Origin: a virus
Lineage: Duplodnaviria; Caudoviricetes
Length of the DNA stretch: 57,672 nucleotides
Reading direction: 5' to 3' (one strand)
IMG/VR virus record: IMGVR_UViG_3300044296_000098
Location: 1-57,672 of that record
Part shown: positions 30,391 to 39,143 of the stretch, piece after piece
Position numbering within the stretch: position 1 is the first letter of the stretch
Layout: every line of letters begins with the position of its first letter
Position numbers and translations under genes: made by a program
The notes under the pieces: generated by a model
Seen by the model: the letters and a program-made list of their open reading frames with translations, nothing else
The model's database searches: none
Told to the model about the DNA's origin: nothing

Positions 30391-30470
30391 ATTACGGGGA
30401 ATTACGGGGAATTACGGGGAATTACGGGGGATTATGGGGAATTACGGGGGGTTATGGGGGATATCGGGAG
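30391..30470. repeat. 10-bp tandem repeat (ATTACGGGGA), about 8 copies, degenerating rightwards
   Basis: Read directly from the sequence. Confidence 0.92.
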
Positions 30471-30597
30471 ACGGCAGGGCACCGCAAAAGGTTACCGGTC
30501 TTTTTGATTTTTGGGGGGCTACCCGGCGCCCCCGCCCCCCTTCGAGCTGGCCGAAGACCGGGGGGGGGGGCCTCCGCCACCGTAACGACCGCCCTGG

Positions 30598-30720
30598 TGC
30601 AACCCTAGGTAGGCGTAATGCAACCCTAGGTAGGCGTAGTGCAATCCTAGGTAGGCGTAATGCAACCCTAGGTAGGCGTAGTGCAATCCTAGGTAGGCGT
30701 AGTGCAACCCTAGGTAGGCG
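30598..30720. repeat. 21-bp tandem repeat TGCAAYCCTAGGTAGGCGTAR, about 6 copies
   Basis: Read directly; each unit contains the palindrome CCTAGG. Confidence 0.95.
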
Positions 30721-30767
30721 CGACCAAATGCGCTCCATAATTAACGCCATACCGCGCTAATTATGTG

Positions 30768-30814
30768 TTGACGGATGGCGCGGCGCCGCGTAAAAGCATT
30801 TGTGTCACAACGGA
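30768..30814 (+). promoter_or_regulatory. Sigma70-like promoter plus TGTCACAACGGA leader
   Basis: TTGACG-N17-TAAAAG followed by TGTCACAACGGA. Confidence 0.6.
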
Positions 30815-30826
30815 AGGAACGTATTC

Positions 30827-31528
30827 ATGATCATTTACGAAGGCCCGTCCAAACTAGACGGCGCGCCAATCGTGGCCATCGCTACGGTGGCATCGCGCAA
30901 CGTCAAGACTGGCTCCATGGTGCAGGTGTGGATTATGCGTGCTGACATCGATCCGGTTACCGCCAGCCGCATCGGATCAGATGCGTCTGTCTGTGGCAGA
31001 TGCCCGTTGCGCGGCATTGCTGCGCCGCACAAAGCGGGCGGCATCGCCGAGGGTCGCGCGTGCTATGTCACGCTGGCGCAAGCGCCGCTAACCATCTGGC
31101 GGTCTTACAAGCGCGGCTTGTATCCCACCGCGCGGTCTGTATCGGACATCGTGGCGCTCGGCCGCGGCAGGATGGTGCGCAACGCCGCTTACGGCGATGG
31201 CGCCGCTGTGCCGGGCTGGGTTACCGCGGCCCTAATTAGCGAGTCATCTGGTCACACGGCCTATAGTCACAATGGGGGCGATCCTGCGCGTTATATGACG
31301 TCTGTCGAGACGGAACGCGATGCGCGTGCTGCGTGGTCACGCGGTGAACGCACGTTCCGCGTCGTATCATCCGCCGACGATATTGTGCGAGGGGCTGAAA
31401 TTGAATGTCCCTCAGAGCGCGGCGTGCAATGCGCGGATTGCGGCCTGTGCGGCGGAGCGCAAGTTAGGGCGCGGTCAATCGCCATCGTGGCGCACGGCAA
31501 CGGCGCTCGATACGTGCCAGCGGCCTAG
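30827..31528 (+). CDS. Cys-rich conserved phage protein (possibly Fe-S/radical-SAM-like)
   Basis: NVKTGSMVQVWI, CGRCP...ACYV, AYGD, C-terminal CP...CADCGLC, IAIVAHG. Confidence 0.7.
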   Translation: MIIYEGPSKLDGAPIVAIATVASRNVKTGSMVQVWIMRADIDPVTASRIGSDASVCGRCPLRGIAAPHKAGGIAEGRACYVTLAQAPLTIWRSYKRGLYPTARSVSDIVALGRGRMVRNAAYGDGAAVPGWVTAALISESSGHTAYSHNGGDPARYMTSVETERDARAAWSRGERTFRVVSSADDIVRGAEIECPSERGVQCADCGLCGGAQVRARSIAIVAHGNGARYVPAA

Positions 31529-31567
31529 CTAGGCCCCCTAGGACGCGTCAGGAAGCCCCTAGCCGCT

Positions 31568-32035
31568 TTAGTGCGGCTTAGGGGCGGCTTGCGTTGCGGC
31601 GGCCGCCAGGGCCGCCCGTAGGGCATCCCGCTGGTCAGCGTCCAATTCGCTTGCGTCTACATTGGACGTGTTGAGCGTGACGTTGCTTGTGCTTGTGACC
31701 TCAGTTTTATCGCCGTACGACCGCGGTTTGTATTTACTAGCCGCCCACTGTAGCGCGCTCAGTTTAACGCGATCAGCCGCCGCGGTTTCTGACGTCGAAT
31801 TGGCCGCTATTTCGATCATACGTTCGACTAGGTGATCAGCCAGCGACTCCCGTGCGCGTAAATACCGCGCGTAGAATTCGGGATGTAGGTCAAACCAGCC
31901 CGCCACGGTATGCCGCGATGGCATCCCCGGATCGCGCAAAATATCGGCCAGCGTCCGACCGTCCGCCGCCATCCCCTCGATAATGCGGCTGCCTATCGTT
32001 TCGGTAAATGACGATTGCGGTCCCCGCTTGCCCAT
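31568..32035 (-). CDS. terS: Terminase small subunit (HTH type)
   Basis: GRTLADILRDPGMPSRHTVAGW...FYARYLRARE...ADRVKLSALQWAASKYKPRSYGDK. Confidence 0.85.
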   Translation of the reverse strand: MGKRGPQSSFTETIGSRIIEGMAADGRTLADILRDPGMPSRHTVAGWFDLHPEFYARYLRARESLADHLVERMIEIAANSTSETAAADRVKLSALQWAASKYKPRSYGDKTEVTSTSNVTLNTSNVDASELDADQRDALRAALAAAATQAAPKPH

Positions 32036-32099
32036 CGACCCTACCCACACCTGCCCTAACCCGCCTGATACCTAGCGTCGCACCCGGCTGGGAGCAAGC

Positions 32100-32300
<201 letters not shown>

Positions 32301-32305
32301 GGCCC

Positions 32306-32650
32306 AATACTCCTCACTTTTCCGGCCTCACTCCTGCCTTTTTTCGAAGTGAGGGATTTCGGGTGTGGAATGGAGGGTGTCAATTTCTTCAACAATTTCA
32401 ACGTTCTAGCTATCTTTATACTCCCTACTCCTCACTTTTTAAAGTCTTACACATGAGAGACCTATAATATATAATACATAATATATAATATATAATATAT
32501 AATATACAGATAGAAAAAATCTGGGGGGAATAGGAAAAAGTGAGGAGTATCCGTTTAAGACGCCTATCCGAAATGAAGAGTGTGAGTTATTTCAATACCT
32601 TGTGGCCGAAAACCTTTACCCCTGGACTACCCGAAAGTGAGGGGTAACTC
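32306..32650. other. Candidate replication origin: AT-rich core flanked by inverted AAAAGTGAGGAGTA boxes
   Basis: TACTCCTCACTTTT at 32308 and 32426, AAAAAGTGAGGAGTA at 32535, variant AAAGTGAGGGGTA at 32634; (TATAATA)n tract at about 32463-32506. Confidence 0.5.
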
Positions 32651-32813
32651 AGGAGTATTGAGGGGTATTGGCTTTAGTCCTAGGGTGCCCTCTCCGGAAC
32701 CGTAATGAGGCGTGAAAGTAACACCCGGTATGGCGCCGCTCCCCCCTCGGGGGCGCCCCCGTGTGGCCACATTTGAGCCTCTATAATACCGCTTGACGGC
32801 CCCATAATACCGC

Positions 32814-32872
32814 TTGACGGCCCCGTAATCTGCCGTTACAACCATTCCTGTCACAACGGAGACGCTATTATG
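32814..32872 (+). promoter_or_regulatory. Early promoter plus conserved leader/RBS cassette
   Basis: TTGACG-N17-TACAAC, then TGTCACAACGGAGACGCTATTATG; preceded by a duplicated ATAATACCGCTTGACGGCCC. Confidence 0.65.
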
Positions 32873-33199
32873 ACCGCCAACAACTCCAATAGGCGCCGCG
32901 TCCTAGGTTACGCCGGGGACGCGCGCCTGCCTTTCGCTCAACGTGGTTGGGAGGACGCCCGCCTCGGCAGGCCGTTTGACTATGCTTTCGTCGACGCCGC
33001 CCCCGCCATGGCGCAGGCGACAGCGTATGAACTGGCGCGGTTCCGTGTGATGGCCCTGCGCGACAGCGGCCACTCGGTCCCGGCTTGGCGCAAGGCAGAG
33101 GTTGTGCCGTCGCTGGTCCGGCGCGCGATGCGCGCCGCTAACGCGACCGCCGCCACCTACTGGCCAAGAGGCCCGGCAGGCTGGATGCCCGCCGCCTAA
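32870..33199 (+). CDS. Early hypothetical protein
   Basis: ATG lies inside the conserved cassette with GGAG RBS. Confidence 0.7.
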   Translation: MTANNSNRRRVLGYAGDARLPFAQRGWEDARLGRPFDYAFVDAAPAMAQATAYELARFRVMALRDSGHSVPAWRKAEVVPSLVRRAMRAANATAATYWPRGPAGWMPAA

Positions 33200-33228
33200 C
33201 CCGTCCTACAACAGAGGAGAGTAACACC

Positions 33229-33471
33229 ATGTCCTGTCAAGGCCATCCGACCCGCGCGCACTGGAACGTCAGCTTGTGGGTTAACAGCGACGAACCGCTC
33301 TACCGCATGGCGCGTGCCTATGCGCGCCGCATCCGCAGGGGATCGTACACCGCGGCGGATGCGGCGAAGGGGATGCTTGCGCGGTTACCTGAGCGCACTC
33401 CCGACGGCTACCGCTACAATGTCCGCACGCTGCGCCGGGTGCTAGTAGAGATGAAGCGGGATGACGTATGA
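33229..33471 (+). CDS. Early hypothetical protein
   Basis: GAGGAG RBS; WNVSLWVNSDEPLY motif. Confidence 0.7.
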   Translation: MSCQGHPTRAHWNVSLWVNSDEPLYRMARAYARRIRRGSYTAADAAKGMLARLPERTPDGYRYNVRTLRRVLVEMKRDDV

Positions 33472-33495
33472 CCCACAAGTCGCCGCCCGGAACGG

Positions 33496-33553
33496 TTGAC
33501 ACCAATGTAGGCGCCGCGTAACAAGGCGCTGTCACAACGGAGACGCTATTATG
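33496..33553 (+). promoter_or_regulatory. Early promoter plus conserved leader/RBS cassette
   Basis: TTGACA-N17-TAACAA, then TGTCACAACGGAGACGCTATTATG. Confidence 0.7.
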
Positions 33554-34099
33554 ATCACTGACGAGCAGTTTGCCGCGCACACGGCGTGGTTTCGCGGGGA
33601 GCCAGGAGGCGAGCGGTTGGTCCTGACCGGCGCCGACTTGACCGGCGCCGACTTGGCCCGCGCCGATCTGCGCCGCGCCGACCTGACCGGCGCCGACTTG
33701 GCCCGCGCCGACTTGACCTGCGCCGACTTGGCCCGCGCCGTGCTGGCCCGCGCCGCGTTGCGCTGCGCCGACTTGACTGGCGCCGACTTGACCGGCGCCG
33801 ACCTGCGTCACGCCGACCTGACCGGCGCCGTGCTGGATCGCGCCGACCTGCGTCACGCCGACCTGACCGGCGCCGTGCTGGATCGCGCCGACTTGACCTG
33901 CGCCAACTTGGCCGGCGCCGCCGGCATAGTCGATGCCGGGGCAGACTGGCGCGGGTATAGGTTCCTCGGCGTCCGTCACTCGGATGGCTGGCGTATAGCC
34001 GCCGGCTGCCGTTGGTTCACGCTGCCAGAGGCTCGTCAGCACTGGCAGGACAACCTGGCCGCCCTCGCCCGCCTCGGCGTGATCGAGGCGCGGTCATGA
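33551..34099 (+). CDS. Pentapeptide-repeat protein 1
   Basis: About 20 A(D/V)Lxx repeats; C-terminal D.RGYRFLG...IAAGCRWFT..EARQHW domain. Confidence 0.9.
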   Translation: MITDEQFAAHTAWFRGEPGGERLVLTGADLTGADLARADLRRADLTGADLARADLTCADLARAVLARAALRCADLTGADLTGADLRHADLTGAVLDRADLRHADLTGAVLDRADLTCANLAGAAGIVDAGADWRGYRFLGVRHSDGWRIAAGCRWFTLPEARQHWQDNLAALARLGVIEARS

Positions 34100-34136
34100 T
34101 CGACTACAACTTCCTTGTCACAACGGAGACGCTATT

Positions 34137-34700
34137 ATGATCACACAAGAGCAGCTCGCCGCGCATGCGGCGTGGTTTCGCGGGGAGCCAGGAGGCGTAC
34201 GGTTGGTCCTGACCGACGCCGACTTGACCGACGCCGACTTGACCGACGCCGACTTGACCGACGCCGACCTGCGCCGCGCCGACTTGGCCCGCGCCGACCT
34301 GCGCGGCGCCGGCCTGCGCCGCGCCGTGTTGCGCCACGCCGACTTGACCGACGCCGTGTTGCGCGGCGCCGACCTGCGCGGCGCCGTGTTGCGCCGCGCC
34401 GTGTTGCGCCGCGCCGTACTGCGCGGCGCCGACCTGCGCCACGCCGACTTGACCGACGCCGACTTGACCGACGCCGACCTGCGCTACGCCGACCTGCGCC
34501 GCGCCGACTTGACCGACGCCGTCGGCATGATCGATGCCGGGACGGATCCGCGCGGGTATAGGTTCCTCGGCATCCGCCACTCGGATGGCTGGCGTATAGC
34601 CGCCGGTTGCCGCTGGTTCACGGCAGCCGAGGCTCGTCAGCACTGGCAGGACAATCCGGACGCCCTCACCCGCGTAGGTGTGATCGAGGCGCAGCCATGA
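34137..34700 (+). CDS. Pentapeptide-repeat protein 2 (tandem paralogue)
   Basis: Same N- and C-terminal domains and same upstream cassette as 33551-34099. Confidence 0.9.
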   Translation: MITQEQLAAHAAWFRGEPGGVRLVLTDADLTDADLTDADLTDADLRRADLARADLRGAGLRRAVLRHADLTDAVLRGADLRGAVLRRAVLRRAVLRGADLRHADLTDADLTDADLRYADLRRADLTDAVGMIDAGTDPRGYRFLGIRHSDGWRIAAGCRWFTAAEARQHWQDNPDALTRVGVIEAQP

Positions 34701-35083
34701 CCCACCACCGCGCCGCAACCTTGGCCGCGCTGATGGCGCGGCATTACCCCGACGCCCCGCTGCTCTCGGTTATTTCGATCGTAGAAGTCTTCCGGACGGC
34801 AGCGCGGAGCGCCTCTAACTTCGAGCGCCGCCGCCGCGATACCAGCATGAGCAAACACGGCGAGGATCTGTGGAGGCAGCGGTTAGACCGGGAGGAAGCT
34901 CGCCTCAACGACACGTTATCCCGCACCCTGCTGCGCTCACCCGCTTACGATGGAGACCGCGGCCCCCTCCACGGTCAACCGGTCAAGATCACGCTCGGCG
35001 GCGACCCACGTGGCCCGTGTGCTTACCTAATCGTGCCGGGTCAAACCGGAGATGCGGGAGGCTCTGGCTTTGCGGTTTACTGA
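34697..35083 (+). CDS. Hypothetical protein
   Basis: ATGA overlap with the upstream stop; GGDPRG motif near the C-terminus. Confidence 0.65.
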   Translation: MTHHRAATLAALMARHYPDAPLLSVISIVEVFRTAARSASNFERRRRDTSMSKHGEDLWRQRLDREEARLNDTLSRTLLRSPAYDGDRGPLHGQPVKITLGGDPRGPCAYLIVPGQTGDAGGSGFAVY

Positions 35084-35244
35084 GGTGCGGGTAGCTCAAT
35101 GGCGCCTGATAGCCGCCCGCGATGCTCTTACCGTCGCGGCCCGCGAGGGCCGCGTTACCCTGGCGCTACAGGCCGAACGCGCTGCCGCGCATGAAGACTA
35201 CAATCGGCAGGTGCGCGACGCCTGCCTAGGCATGGAGGATTGAC

Positions 35245-35472
35245 ATGGTCGACCCCGCCACACTGTGGGACGAGGATGCGCCTATTTCGGATCGACTGTT
35301 GAGTTTAGCCGGGTATTTGACTTCCCCGGACACTCGACCTCTCGTGACCCCCCTACTCGACATTATCGGAGACCTACAATGGATTACCGCGGCGGGCGGA
35401 TCCCCTACGGCTTCGCCCTCAACCGGTCCCACACTCAGCTCGTGCCCGACATCCACGAGCAAAACGCTTTGA
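35245..35472 (+). CDS. Hypothetical protein
   Basis: GGAGG RBS; overlaps the next ORF by 94 nt. Confidence 0.4.
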   Translation: MVDPATLWDEDAPISDRLLSLAGYLTSPDTRPLVTPLLDIIGDLQWITAAGGSPTASPSTGPTLSSCPTSTSKTL

Positions 35473-35618
35473 AGATGGCCCGCGCGCTCAAACAGCGCGG
35501 GCTTTCCCTCCGCGCGATCGGAGAGACGCTAACGCAGATGGGGTTCCGCGCTCGGACAGGCTGGTGGCACCCGACGCAGGTTAGCCGTTTATTAGGAGCG
35601 AACGCATGGCGACCGTAA
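35379..35618 (+). CDS. Stand-alone serine-recombinase-type DNA-binding domain
   Basis: GGRIPYGF...LVPDIHEQ...GLSLRAIGETL...G.WHPTQVSRLL; no catalytic Y-x-R-x-S domain. Confidence 0.6.
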   Translation: MDYRGGRIPYGFALNRSHTQLVPDIHEQNALKMARALKQRGLSLRAIGETLTQMGFRARTGWWHPTQVSRLLGANAWRP

Positions 35619-35968
35619 CCGCCGTGGCCGCGGCCACCGCTTTAGCCTTGACCTTGGCGACAACCGTCGCCCAGGCCAAACCTTGCCCCCACGACCTTGC
35701 TAGCTGGTATGGCGCACGCCATGCCGGACACCTGACGGCCAACGGCGAGAGGTTCAACCCGCGCGCCATGACCGCCGCCAGCCGTCGCTGGCCCCTCGGC
35801 TCCCGTGTGCTGGTTTACGCCAACCACCGCGCCGTCGTGGTCCGCATCAATGACCACGGGCCGTACCACCACCGCTGTCGGGTGCTGGATCTGTCGCACG
35901 CCGCGGCCCGTCACCTCGGCGTCGCGCATGCCGGCGTGGTACCGGTCAAGACGTGGAGGGTGGATTAG
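35606..35968 (+). CDS. RlpA-like (double-psi beta-barrel) lytic transglycosylase with signal peptide
   Basis: ASWYG...TANGERFN...TAA...PLGS...VVVRINDHGPY...LDLSHAAA..LG. Confidence 0.88.
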   Translation: MATVTAVAAATALALTLATTVAQAKPCPHDLASWYGARHAGHLTANGERFNPRAMTAASRRWPLGSRVLVYANHRAVVVRINDHGPYHHRCRVLDLSHAAARHLGVAHAGVVPVKTWRVD

Positions 35969-38256
35969 ACCCCATTGGCCTTCGAGTAGGCGGCGGCGAC
36001 CTCAGCCGCCGTCGGGATAGCCGACGCGAGAGACCCCGGTCGCACCCACAGCCGGGGTCTCCGACCGTCCGGCGCCACCGTGTTGTTGACCCGGCCCTCG
36101 ATCAGGTTCGGGTGCCGGATGTATCCAATTGCCTTCATTACCGCGTCCCACTTGGCCGGCGGGGCCTTGCCCCGCATGCGCCGCTGGTCGAGCATCATGC
36201 CCAGCCAGTGCGATGAGACAAACCCGCCGCGGAACCCAATCTCGTCGCTGGCAATCGCTTCCAGTATCGCCTGTTCGACCGGCCCCAGGCTGGCCTCGAT
36301 CGCCGCGGCGGTGCTCGATGTGAGGGGCGCCCGGTGGCAATCGGTGGCGGGGTTCAGGTGGCCCGGGATCCGGTAATTCCGAAGGTAATGGTTCCAGTAG
36401 GCGAACCCGTTGTTGCCCCTCGCCCAGCGGTACAGCTCGGGGAAGTATGTCCCGTCCATGCCATCGCGCACGAGGTGCGCGGCTTCCTGCTGCTCGCAGT
36501 GTATTATGCAATACCGGCGGTCATCTAACGTCTTAGGCAACGCATCTTTATGGTTAGTATTGATCAAGAAGTTAGCGCGGTTGTCCCCCATGTATTGGTT
36601 CTCACCTTTACGCTGTATCTCGATCCGTAGGTTCGTTATCAGCACCTTGAGAACGTCAATCATGTCCACGCGGTCTCTGACTGCTAGCTCCTCGACAACC
36701 GCTAGCAGCGTGCCCGGCACCCAACCGTTAAACTTGTTGGCGATGTCGTTCGACGCCACGGTGTGGCTGTATTTCTCCCCGACGCAGTACATGGCGGCTT
36801 CGGTCAGCAGGCTCTTGCCGTTACCCTCGCATCCCTGGATCACGAGCGCCCATTGGAATTTGACGCCGGGGTGCTGGACGATAGCCGCGTGAGTGCAGAG
36901 CGCGATCTCCCGGTCTCGATCCGTCCGGAACATCTTGTCCAGATGCCGCAGCATCGGGGTTACATCGCCTGGCACTGCCGGCGTTTCGTCAGGCACGTAA
37001 GTGTTATACAGGGTCCGCTTGCCTACGGTGACGGCGCAACGTGCCGGCAGCTCAGGACGGAAGCAGATGCCGTCGGCCCGCAGGTGAGGCGCGAACACAT
37101 TGTGGTTGAAGCCATCCCAGGCGCTGCGGGTTGTCTTGCCTTGATGGTCAAGCACGAAGATGTTCCCGCCGTAGCGGGAGTTGGCGTCGAACTGCGTCTT
37201 AGTCAGCAGATTGCCGTCGGGAACGGCGATGCGCTCGAGCTCCTCGATCCACACGCACCCGGCGAAATACTTGCTATAATCATTGGCGCCGACGACTTGG
37301 CCGCGAGCTATGTCAGCGGTCGTGGCGCCGTCGGTAGGGGGGATGACCGTCACCGCGCCCGAGGCGTACACTTCAGTCACGAGAGCGCACGCTTTTAGGA
37401 CCGTGCGAGGGATATAATCTTCGCGGAGCCACTTCTGCCTCACCAGCGCCGACCGTTCCATGAGGCGGCGGATGCGGTCGCAGTCCCTGCCTGTCCAGTA
37501 GACGAGGTGGCAGGCTAAAGCACTGTCGGCCGAGCTGGCGTCGTACGCGCGGTTCTGGGTTCCTGTCTCCGGGAAGAACTTCCCGAGTACCGCCTCGTCG
37601 CCCTCCCACAACGCCCGGAAGGACGCCTTGCCCCCGAAGGCGGCAGAAGGGCTTTGCCTCGTCATGGCGAGTTTGAGCAGCTCGTCATCGTCTTCTGGCC
37701 CGGCCCATTCTTCGCAAGGAGTATCCGTCCAACCGGTATGATCGGCCTGCCCTCCGCCGTCAGCGCGCGGCGGGAAGTGCTCCGCTGCAAGCGCCAGGAT
37801 CTCGGGCGCTTCGGCGTCCATGTCGCCGCTGGCATCGGTCCCGGTCAGCGCGATGGCCCGCTTGCAGCTGAACAGGTCCACACCGAGCAGCGTCTTGCTC
37901 TTGATCGAGTGCGGCGGCAGTTCGCCCTTGCCGATGATATGCAAACCGCGACCGCTCTGGCTGACCTCGATGTAGCAACCGGCGAACCGCCGGCACAGGT
38001 CGACCGCAGTCTTAGACCACTCGCCGTTGTGGAAGGCGTTGTCGATGTCGATCGCCCAGTGCGTGCGTTCGGGCGGCAGGACATAAGCCACGCCGTAGGG
38101 CGGGCCGAATAGCGCCGCCGCTAAAGCCGCTTGAGCTTTAGGCACCCAGTATTCCGGGTTGTGCGCGTTGACCACGCCCCCGGTCAGCGGTGAAACCGGT
38201 AACTTCTCCGTCCGGTTATTTTCGCCTGGGACTAACTTATAGCACAGGTAGGGCAT
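35965..38256 (-). CDS. Primase-polymerase fused to an SF3-type helicase/NTPase
   Basis: AIDIDN and EVSQSGRGLHII (prim-pol), DASSADSALA, IQGCEGNGKS (Walker A), VVEEL, INTNH, DDRRY. Confidence 0.88.
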   Translation of the reverse strand: MPYLCYKLVPGENNRTEKLPVSPLTGGVVNAHNPEYWVPKAQAALAAALFGPPYGVAYVLPPERTHWAIDIDNAFHNGEWSKTAVDLCRRFAGCYIEVSQSGRGLHIIGKGELPPHSIKSKTLLGVDLFSCKRAIALTGTDASGDMDAEAPEILALAAEHFPPRADGGGQADHTGWTDTPCEEWAGPEDDDELLKLAMTRQSPSAAFGGKASFRALWEGDEAVLGKFFPETGTQNRAYDASSADSALACHLVYWTGRDCDRIRRLMERSALVRQKWLREDYIPRTVLKACALVTEVYASGAVTVIPPTDGATTADIARGQVVGANDYSKYFAGCVWIEELERIAVPDGNLLTKTQFDANSRYGGNIFVLDHQGKTTRSAWDGFNHNVFAPHLRADGICFRPELPARCAVTVGKRTLYNTYVPDETPAVPGDVTPMLRHLDKMFRTDRDREIALCTHAAIVQHPGVKFQWALVIQGCEGNGKSLLTEAAMYCVGEKYSHTVASNDIANKFNGWVPGTLLAVVEELAVRDRVDMIDVLKVLITNLRIEIQRKGENQYMGDNRANFLINTNHKDALPKTLDDRRYCIIHCEQQEAAHLVRDGMDGTYFPELYRWARGNNGFAYWNHYLRNYRIPGHLNPATDCHRAPLTSSTAAAIEASLGPVEQAILEAIASDEIGFRGGFVSSHWLGMMLDQRRMRGKAPPAKWDAVMKAIGYIRHPNLIEGRVNNTVAPDGRRPRLWVRPGSLASAIPTAAEVAAAYSKANGV

Positions 38257-38259
38257 TGC

Positions 38260-38469
38260 TTAGATGCCGATCTTTTCGCGGAGAGCGATCTCGCGCTCTA
38301 GATACCACTTCGCTTTGCGGAGGTCTTCAAGACCGCTCTTGAAGTCAGCGCGCCAAACGTATTTGATCACGTTACCTAGGTTGAAGCTCATGTGCTCAAC
38401 CACTTGGATGCACTCAATTCCGCTTGGGTGTTGGTTGTAGTGCTCGGGATGGTCTACGGCGTCGGGCAC
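38260..38469 (-). CDS. DUF3310/SaV-like small protein
   Basis: VDHPEHYN...IECI...FNLGNVIKYVWRA..K..LEDLRKAKWYLEREI. Confidence 0.88.
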   Translation of the reverse strand: MPDAVDHPEHYNQHPSGIECIQVVEHMSFNLGNVIKYVWRADFKSGLEDLRKAKWYLEREIALREKIGI

Positions 38470-38783
38470 TAGTGTTCCCCCAATACAAATCGCAGTGCCG
38501 CCATTTTTAACTCGCTAGGAGCGGCAAGAGCAAGGGGGTTTCGATCGGTGATACCTTGCGCTATAATCGTGAGGTTAAACCTCGCGATAGCTTCGATTAT
38601 CAGCGCGTTCCGCCACTCGGGAGCCGTCCAGTATTTAGACAGTAGGGACGGACTACACCCTACCTTATCGGCTACCATTTCCCGCGTCACTTTACGATAG
38701 CCGTACACTTCCGCCAGCGGCACGCCCGCGTCTAGGAGTTGTCTGCGCCGCTCGTCACGTTTGAGGTGCGCGCCCATTACCAT
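38469..38783 (-). CDS. TetR-like HTH DNA-binding protein
   Basis: RRRQLLDAG...GYRKVTREMVADKVGCSPSLLSKYW. Confidence 0.7.
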   Translation of the reverse strand: MVMGAHLKRDERRRQLLDAGVPLAEVYGYRKVTREMVADKVGCSPSLLSKYWTAPEWRNALIIEAIARFNLTIIAQGITDRNPLALAAPSELKMAALRFVLGEH

Positions 38784-39139
38784 TCCCCGGTTGTGAATGC
38801 GGCGTCGCCGCCTAAGTCCCGCACTAGATCAATCCACGCTTGTTGCGCGCGTTCTCGGGCGTTGTTTGGGTTGTATCGCCAGCCGCTGCGTTTGACTTCG
38901 CGACTGCAAAACACGCCGAGCGTTTGCCCGACGTGTCCTGCGGTAATCAGGACCGGTTTGATCCCGATTAAGTCACCCGACTTGACCGCTTTATTGAGAG
39001 CGGTCGAGTCGTTTGCCAGGCCCCAACGGAGATAGCTGCCGTCCGAGAGCACGCCCGCCCCGACGTTGTTGCGCCACAGTCTCGCCCCCGCCTGTGACGC
39101 CGCGAGGCGGACGCGCGCTTGGACAACAGCCTCATCCAT
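38777..39139 (-). CDS. VRR-NUC family nuclease
   Basis: EAVVQ...LWRNNVG...SGDLIG...EVK...QQAWIDLVRDLGGDA. Confidence 0.8.
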   Translation of the reverse strand: MDEAVVQARVRLAASQAGARLWRNNVGAGVLSDGSYLRWGLANDSTALNKAVKSGDLIGIKPVLITAGHVGQTLGVFCSREVKRSGWRYNPNNARERAQQAWIDLVRDLGGDAAFTTGEW

Positions 39140-39143
39140 GAGG

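Noticed and set aside
30598-30720. Mini-CRISPR
   Set aside because: The units are contiguous with no unique spacers.
30434-30760. ORFs spanning the 21-bp repeats
   Set aside because: They are open on both strands only because the unit is a multiple of 3; no RBS and no protein-like content.
33551-34700. Diversity-generating retroelement template/variable pair
   Set aside because: No reverse transcriptase is present, differences are not adenine-specific, and both copies are intact genes.
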